Positions 6,711 to 11,798 of a stretch of 11,798 nucleotides of DNA are shown here, piece by piece. Made by a program: the position numbers and the translations under genes. Each line of letters opens with the position of its first letter. The first letter of the stretch is position 1. The notes beneath the pieces were generated by a model. The model was not told the origin of the DNA and ran no database searches. It saw only the letters and a list, made by a program, of their open reading frames with translations. The stretch is from an uncultured Acidobacteriota bacterium (lineage in GTDB: Bacteria; Acidobacteriota; Thermoanaerobaculia; Multivoradales; JAHEKO01). The stretch spans positions 1-11,798 of the forward strand of contig CAVQNG010000031.1 in assembly GCA_963713825.1 (NCBI GenBank), given 5' to 3'.

Positions 6711-9133
6711 TGGAGACGCAGAAGGGCAGTTCGAAGCGTGCAGCAGTGTTCCGCCTTGCACCAGGTGTGCAGGTCGTGCCGGCGGAGCGATTGCCAGAGG
6801 AAAGTCGTGACCGGCTCGAGGAACGAGAGGGACGCTTCGCGCTGGTGCGCCACGGGGCCAGAAGCAGTGCCCTCCTCGTAGACGAGGAGATTGCGGCTTT
6901 CGTCGATCAGTTTCGCGAGCCCGTCACGATTGCGGAGGCGCTGATCAGCTTGGGTCAGGCGCGACATCGGGATCCGCAGAAGCTGTTGATAGAGACGTTT
7001 CCAATTCTCAAGACTCTCGTGCAACGACGGTTTCTTGTCGAGGTCGAGGGCGGCTCGGTCGCCCGCCGGGAAGGTCAGGTGCTCGACTCGGGCGACCGAG
7101 TCGGCGAGCTGACGATTCTGCGGCCCATCCAGCGCCTGGAAGACACCGAGGTCTTCCAGGTGCGATTGTCCGACCAACGATTCGGCGCCCTCAAGATCGG
7201 CGGTGCTGGGGTCTCGGCGGGCCGCGAAAGGCTCGCGTATGAGGAGAGCATCCTCCGCTTCTTGGTGGATGCCGATCTGGCGCCAGCCGTGCTCGGTGTC
7301 GGCGAGCACGAAAGCCGGCATTATCTGCTCCTGGAGTGGAGGCCAGGGAGCGCCCCGACGGTTGTCTCCGAAGAATCGCGACGCCGAGGCGGAGATGAGG
7401 CCCGGCATCTCCTACTGGAGACCTGCTGCCGAATCCTGCAGACCTATGGGGATCTGCATCGCCGTGGCGTGATCCACGGCGATATCAGTCCGAACAACAT
7501 CGTGATCGACCGCCAAGGCAGAGTCACCTTGCTCGACTTCGGAGACGCGTCGCGGACTGGGCCAGGGGGAGAGTCGCCGTGGGGGCACACAGGAGTGTCG
7601 ATCTACTTCGAGCCGGAATACGCGCGAGCCGTCCTGGATGGCGAGTTGGCGCCAGCCGCCTCCGAGGCGGGTGAGCAGTATGCACTCGCGGCGCTCGTCT
7701 ATGAGCTCATCGTGGGGGTGCCCTACCTCGATTTCGACCTGCGGTGGGAGGCCCTGCTCCAGCAGATTAACGAGGAACCACCAGCGTCATTCGCCGAGCG
7801 TGGCTTGCCCTGCTGGCCGGCTGTCGAAGACGTCTTGATGCGGGCTCTGTCCAAGCGGCCCGGGCAGCGCTTTCCATCAGTAGCTGCGATGGCGGACGCA
7901 CTACTCGAAGTAGAGTCACCCGTCATTGCGGTTGACCGGGCTGCTGATTCGCTTGGCGACGAGCTCGAAGATCTGGTCGAGCAGTTTGCCCACACTGGGC
8001 TGGAGAAAGGTCCCGGGTCGGTAAGCGGCGAACCTTCGTCTAATGTCGGCTCCGTTTACGACGGTGCGGCGGGAGTAGCTCTCGCCCTCTATCGGATTTC
8101 CCGTCAGCGGGAAGACGATTCGCTCCTCGAGCCTGCTGATGACTGGATCCAAAGGGCCATTGCCGAAGTAGACGCAAACAATGCGAGTGAAAGCGCTCCC
8201 AGAGCTTCCGTGTTTCTCGGTGCCGCCGGGGCGTATCTCGTGGAGGCGAAGATCTCGGCTACGCTTGGTCGAGCCCATCGCTGCGCCATGGCACTCGAGA
8301 AATCAGTCCAAAGTGTGCATGCGGACACCTCTCGCATGGATCTCATCGATGGCCGGTCGAGTCGTCTCCTTTCTCTTTGCGCGCTCCTCAGCCAGGGTGA
8401 GTGCGGTCTTCCGGTCGAGCGATCCCGCCTCGAAGAGATGGGTGGGGAGGTTGCGCAATCCCTCTGGGCGGAGCTCGAAGAGGCGCCGCCGATCGGTGAC
8501 TCCGTCGGCCATTTGGGATTGGCTCACGGGTGGGCTGGATTTCTCTACGCCATACTGCAGTGGTGTCGGTCGGTGGGCGCAAAGCCTCTAGCCCATCTGG
8601 AGAGGCGCCTGGAAGAGATCGCAAGTCAGTCATTGCCCGTCGGACGCGGTCTGATGTGGCCTTGGCGCCTACCTCTCCGAGAGACGCGGGCCCCGCAGTT
8701 CATGGCCGGTTGGTGTAACGGCAGCGCGGGCTACGTCTTCCTCTGGACCACGGCAGCGCGTGTTTTCAGTGAGGACTCATATCTTGAGCTAGCAAGGGGC
8801 GCGGCCTGGAATGCTTGGGAGAGTGCTCAGCGCGATGCGAGCCTCTGCTGTGGCCTGGTGGGCCGCTCCTATGCGCTACTCGACCTGTTCCAGGCTACGG
8901 GGGAGACCCTCTGGTTGGACCGTGCCCGGGATCTGGCCAGAATTGCGGCCCACGAGGGAGTATTCGACAGCGGCAGCTCCGAAGGACTCTTCAAGGGCCG
9001 GTTGGGCTTGGCTCTCCTGGCTTCGGATCTCGAGCATCCCGAGAGAGCTTGGTTCCCTTTCTTGGGTCCCGAGCCCGCGCTTAGTTCCGATGACAGCGGC
9101 CACGGGGGTGACGTTGATGACCACGGCAACTAG
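6710..9133 (+). CDS. Ser/Thr kinase-LanC cyclase fusion with N-terminal PqqD/RRE-like region (lanthionine synthetase LanC family)
   Basis: Kinase motifs ALK, HGDISPNN, LLDFG, YFEPE. LanC motifs YDGAAG, FLGAAG, GLAHGWAG, GWCNGSAG, LCCGLVG, GLFKGRLG. The ~110-aa N-terminus (three short strands, then helices, ending LVQRRFLV) looks RRE-like. Alternative starts at 6692 and 6707. Confidence 0.88.
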   Translation: METQKGSSKRAAVFRLAPGVQVVPAERLPEESRDRLEEREGRFALVRHGARSSALLVDEEIAAFVDQFREPVTIAEALISLGQARHRDPQKLLIETFPILKTLVQRRFLVEVEGGSVARREGQVLDSGDRVGELTILRPIQRLEDTEVFQVRLSDQRFGALKIGGAGVSAGRERLAYEESILRFLVDADLAPAVLGVGEHESRHYLLLEWRPGSAPTVVSEESRRRGGDEARHLLLETCCRILQTYGDLHRRGVIHGDISPNNIVIDRQGRVTLLDFGDASRTGPGGESPWGHTGVSIYFEPEYARAVLDGELAPAASEAGEQYALAALVYELIVGVPYLDFDLRWEALLQQINEEPPASFAERGLPCWPAVEDVLMRALSKRPGQRFPSVAAMADALLEVESPVIAVDRAADSLGDELEDLVEQFAHTGLEKGPGSVSGEPSSNVGSVYDGAAGVALALYRISRQREDDSLLEPADDWIQRAIAEVDANNASESAPRASVFLGAAGAYLVEAKISATLGRAHRCAMALEKSVQSVHADTSRMDLIDGRSSRLLSLCALLSQGECGLPVERSRLEEMGGEVAQSLWAELEEAPPIGDSVGHLGLAHGWAGFLYAILQWCRSVGAKPLAHLERRLEEIASQSLPVGRGLMWPWRLPLRETRAPQFMAGWCNGSAGYVFLWTTAARVFSEDSYLELARGAAWNAWESAQRDASLCCGLVGRSYALLDLFQATGETLWLDRARDLARIAAHEGVFDSGSSEGLFKGRLGLALLASDLEHPERAWFPFLGPEPALSSDDSGHGGDVDDHGN

Positions 9134-9207
9134 CGGTGTGTGACTTGGTAGCCGAGTTCGGTGTGGATCCAACCAGCAATGCTAACAACCGCTTGGAGGA
9201 GAACGAG

Positions 9208-9366
9208 ATGCCTATGCCGCCAGATTGGCTCGTCGCCTGGACTGACTACGGGTTGAAGTTACTTGCGATGATTGCGGCAATCAAAGCGCTCTGGACCGGC
9301 GCGACGTTGTTTGCCCTCAAAGCGGACCAAATAAGACAGAAGGGGCAAGAGCCCAAAGGGGGTTAA
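9208..9366 (+). CDS. Small (52-aa) single-TM hypothetical protein
   Basis: GGAGGA RBS at 9195-9200; hydrophobic LLAMIAAIKALWTGATLFAL followed by a basic tail. Confidence 0.55.
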   Translation: MPMPPDWLVAWTDYGLKLLAMIAAIKALWTGATLFALKADQIRQKGQEPKGG

Positions 9367-9540
9367 CCTCCGGTTGTGTGGGAGGCAGCTCGCCTCAGCC
9401 CCGAGTGCGATGCGGACTCTTGATGGCACTCTGATCCTAGCCTGTTGGGTGATGAGCGCTCTCGACGAGACCGTCATCATTAACCGGCGTAGGAGAGAAG
9501 ACACCTACGTGGTGTGTCCGGCGGAGGCGAGGCTGCCGGA

Positions 9541-10470
9541 CTAGGAGGACTCGCTCCCGCAGATGTCTTCACACTTCTCTTTCGCGTAATCCCAGGCTGA
9601 GAATCGCACGGGCACCTCGTCCTCTGAGACGATGAAGGGGCCCTCTCCGAACATCTTGTACTTGCCGTACAGCTGGCCCGCGCTGAATCCAGGCTCGTAA
9701 GACTCCACGAGCCACTGGTCCACGTGTCTCCGGCAGGCTTCGATTGCATCTTCGGCCGTCTCGAACATACCCAGCTTGTAGCGCTCGGACTCGTCCTGGT
9801 AGTGGTAGTTGTCGTCGACGAGGACCGTGTATCTGATCGAGGACGGGTCCCCTGGCTTGCTTCTTGTCGACCGCGACTCCTCTAGGAGCCTGCCAAGCTC
9901 ATCGAGCGACCGCCTCAGATCGTCCAGGAGGCCTTCGAGTTGGGAGAGCTCTCGCTTCTCGTAGACCTGGAGCAGTCGATGGTAGTACCAGACGGTCCCG
10001 CGACACCCTTTGTTGAACCGTTTCCACAGGGTGTCGCCAACGGTACGAAAATCCCGGGTAATGCACCCGAGGTTGTGAACCTTGTCAGCGGCGGAGACCA
10101 GGAGGGTTGCCTCGGAAGCGGTCTCGAGATGCTCTAGGTAACGGCGCTTGCGATCGAGCCACGGAGGTTTGGGCTTTTCGAACGTGTCGCTGCACTCGGC
10201 CACGATGTTTCCCACTCGGTCTCCGAACAGCCTCCGAATCTCCTTCAGCGTCTCCTCGCCTCCCTGGTCCTCGGGACCATCATGCAACAGGGCTGCGATG
10301 ACCTGCTCCTCGTCGCCACCGTTTTGCTGAACCAGTGCTGCCACCGCCATGAGGTGGGAGACGTAGGGGATGTCTGTGCCCTTGCGGACTTGCCCACCAT
10401 GGAGTCGAGCGGCGAAGGCGAACGCCTCGACTAGGCGTTCGCTCGTTTCCTGGCTCTCGGGGTGGCTCAT
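9541..10470 (-). CDS. HD-domain Mesh1/small alarmone hydrolase-like protein with an extra C-terminal domain
   Basis: ARLHGGQVRKGTDIPYVSHL, AALLHDGPED and ADKVHN are RelA/SpoT hydrolase (HD_4) motifs; a linker is followed by a ~97-aa domain starting RYTVLVDDNYHY. Confidence 0.88.
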   Translation of the reverse strand: MSHPESQETSERLVEAFAFAARLHGGQVRKGTDIPYVSHLMAVAALVQQNGGDEEQVIAALLHDGPEDQGGEETLKEIRRLFGDRVGNIVAECSDTFEKPKPPWLDRKRRYLEHLETASEATLLVSAADKVHNLGCITRDFRTVGDTLWKRFNKGCRGTVWYYHRLLQVYEKRELSQLEGLLDDLRRSLDELGRLLEESRSTRSKPGDPSSIRYTVLVDDNYHYQDESERYKLGMFETAEDAIEACRRHVDQWLVESYEPGFSAGQLYGKYKMFGEGPFIVSEDEVPVRFSAWDYAKEKCEDICGSESS

Positions 10471-10492
10471 CCTCCGTTCCCCCTCTCTTCCT

Positions 10493-10553
10493 TCGGATCG
10501 GTCATGACCGGTCGGCAGCGACTCTACCGCGGCTCTGGAGTCTTGTCATCGAG
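10493..10553. repeat. Diverged direct repeat A, copy 2
   Basis: 42/61 ungapped identities with 2210-2270. Confidence 0.7.
10521..10549 (-). promoter_or_regulatory. Sigma70-like promoter upstream of the HD gene
   Basis: Minus strand: ATGACA, 17 nt, TAGAGT, then 15 nt to an ATG at 10505. Confidence 0.5.
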
Positions 10554-10579
10554 CCATGATGGAGCCATTACAATAGAGT

Positions 10580-10627
10580 TATGTACATGATTCGATGGGA
10601 CTTAGGCCGACTCCCACCACCTCCGCC
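10580..10627. repeat. Direct repeat B, copy 2 (3' end of the intact ARH gene plus 22 nt downstream)
   Basis: 46/48 identical to 2343-2390. Confidence 0.9.
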
Positions 10628-11726
10628 TGGCCTGCTCGATCAGCTCGAAGACCCGGCCATCGTCGGAGTCGGTGGTACGCCCGGTCAGCTTGTCGACCCA
10701 ACGATCAGGCAGAGCCTCGCGGCCATGGAGCGCCCCGACCGCCGCGCCGACGATGGCTGCGATCGTGTCGTTGTCCCGGGTGTCGTTGACGGCCCGCACC
10801 ATCGCGGCCTCGGCATCGTCCCCGTGGCACATCAAGATGTAGAGCACGCAGGGCACCGTCTCCAGGAGGTAGGCACCGGAGTACCAGCTTTCGCAGGCTT
10901 CGAGCGTCGTCAGGTCCCGTTCAAACGCGGCTGGCACCTTCTCCTCGACGAACCGCCACAGCGATCCCTGATAGTCCGGAAAGTCGCCACCTCTCGGCCG
11001 GTAGTCCTCCCGGTGCTCGAGCTCTCTGGCGACCCGAACGTAGGAGTCCACCCACCACTGGGGCTCCGGAGCTTCGCTCATCCCGAGCAGCTCCCAGAGA
11101 ATCGAGACGAAGGCCACGCAAGCAGCAATCGAAGCCGAGTCGTTGTGGGTGATCGCGGCAGAGAGCGCAGTATCGGTCCACAGCGCGGGTGAGGGATCTC
11201 GCAAGTGCGGCACCAGTATGGGGGCGATCCGCATCAGGGCCCCATTGCCGGCCGATTGGGGTCCACATTTCCACCAGGGCCGTGTACCGCCCTTGTAGTT
11301 CCGGAGGAAACCCCTCACTGTCGATCCAAGGCCGAAGATCTTGCCCCGGCAAAAGCGTGCCGCCACCCGGTCGGGGTCGAAGCCATCGTCCTCCAGCATC
11401 TGCTCCAGGGCCCAGAAGGCGAGTTGCGTATCGTCGGAGGGGTAGCCCTCCTCCCTGCCGTTGTATCGATTCGGCCGGTAATCACGAATCTCCCCGAACA
11501 ACTGGCGGCGGTCGGCCGGCACCAAGCCCTCGGAGGTGATCCCCAGCGCATCGCCAATTGCCAGCCCCAGCAGCATGCCCTCGACCTTGGAGAACGAGAT
11601 CTCACTCGGTAGTGGGGAAGGGTTGTTGTCGAACAGCTCCGAGGCCTGGATGTCGATCGCCTTGCGATCGAGAAGCTCGTTCAGGAGGGTCCGGTTTGCC
11701 GTGTCAGCACTGGTCGAGCTCATCAT
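10602..11726 (-). CDS. ADP-ribosylglycohydrolase (DraG/ARH family)
   Basis: GMLLGLAIGDALG, SDDTQ, AGNGALMR, ITHN and DNDTIAAIVGAAVGALHG motifs; AAGGAG RBS before ATG 11726/11723. Confidence 0.95.
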   Translation of the reverse strand: MMSSTSADTANRTLLNELLDRKAIDIQASELFDNNPSPLPSEISFSKVEGMLLGLAIGDALGITSEGLVPADRRQLFGEIRDYRPNRYNGREEGYPSDDTQLAFWALEQMLEDDGFDPDRVAARFCRGKIFGLGSTVRGFLRNYKGGTRPWWKCGPQSAGNGALMRIAPILVPHLRDPSPALWTDTALSAAITHNDSASIAACVAFVSILWELLGMSEAPEPQWWVDSYVRVARELEHREDYRPRGGDFPDYQGSLWRFVEEKVPAAFERDLTTLEACESWYSGAYLLETVPCVLYILMCHGDDAEAAMVRAVNDTRDNDTIAAIVGAAVGALHGREALPDRWVDKLTGRTTDSDDGRVFELIEQARRRWWESA

Positions 11727-11798
11727 CGTTGCTCCTTGGGTTGGCTCTTTGTTCCCGGGTAGTTCTGCCCTGTTCAATTCCAGTTTGCCACTCGGTCA

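Noticed and set aside
9180-9200. gctaacaaccgcttggag resembling the left arm of an integron attC site
   Set aside because: No complementary arm ending in GTTRRRY at a suitable distance, and no cassette array or integrase.
9410-9544. 44-aa + strand ORF with two Cys (MRTLDGTLILACW...) as a precursor
   Set aside because: No suitably placed RBS, no leader/core pattern, and it abuts the convergent HD gene; probably spurious.
1-11798. CRISPR array, tRNA/rRNA, transposase or integrase
   Set aside because: No regularly spaced repeats, RNA-gene signatures or recombinase motifs were seen.

Overview
GC-rich bacterial accessory region; the kinase-TM-TolB-like-TPR protein style suggests Acidobacteriota or similar (inference). 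The left end (1-2640) is a mosaic: a Gp49/RelE-like toxin stub with its promoter/operator and its HTH antitoxin are separated by ~1.26 kb of indel-rich unrelated DNA (outer-membrane protein tail, DUF1269-like gene, helical-repeat gene). A zinc-ribbon gene and a truncated metallophosphoesterase follow. The centre (2902-9366, + strand) holds a membrane Hanks kinase-TPR protein, a 65-aa Cys/Ser/Thr peptide, a stand-alone HopA1-like putative phospho-Ser/Thr lyase, and a coupled kinase-LanC fusion with a CCG zinc motif. Together these look like an atypical 'split' lanthipeptide-synthetase system. The right end (- strand) has an ADP-ribosylglycohydrolase and a Mesh1/SAH-type HD hydrolase fused to an unknown domain. 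A diverged duplicated module (ARH 3' end, sigma70-like promoter, gene start) brackets the central ~8.1 kb. All family calls come from reading motifs by eye; no searches were run.
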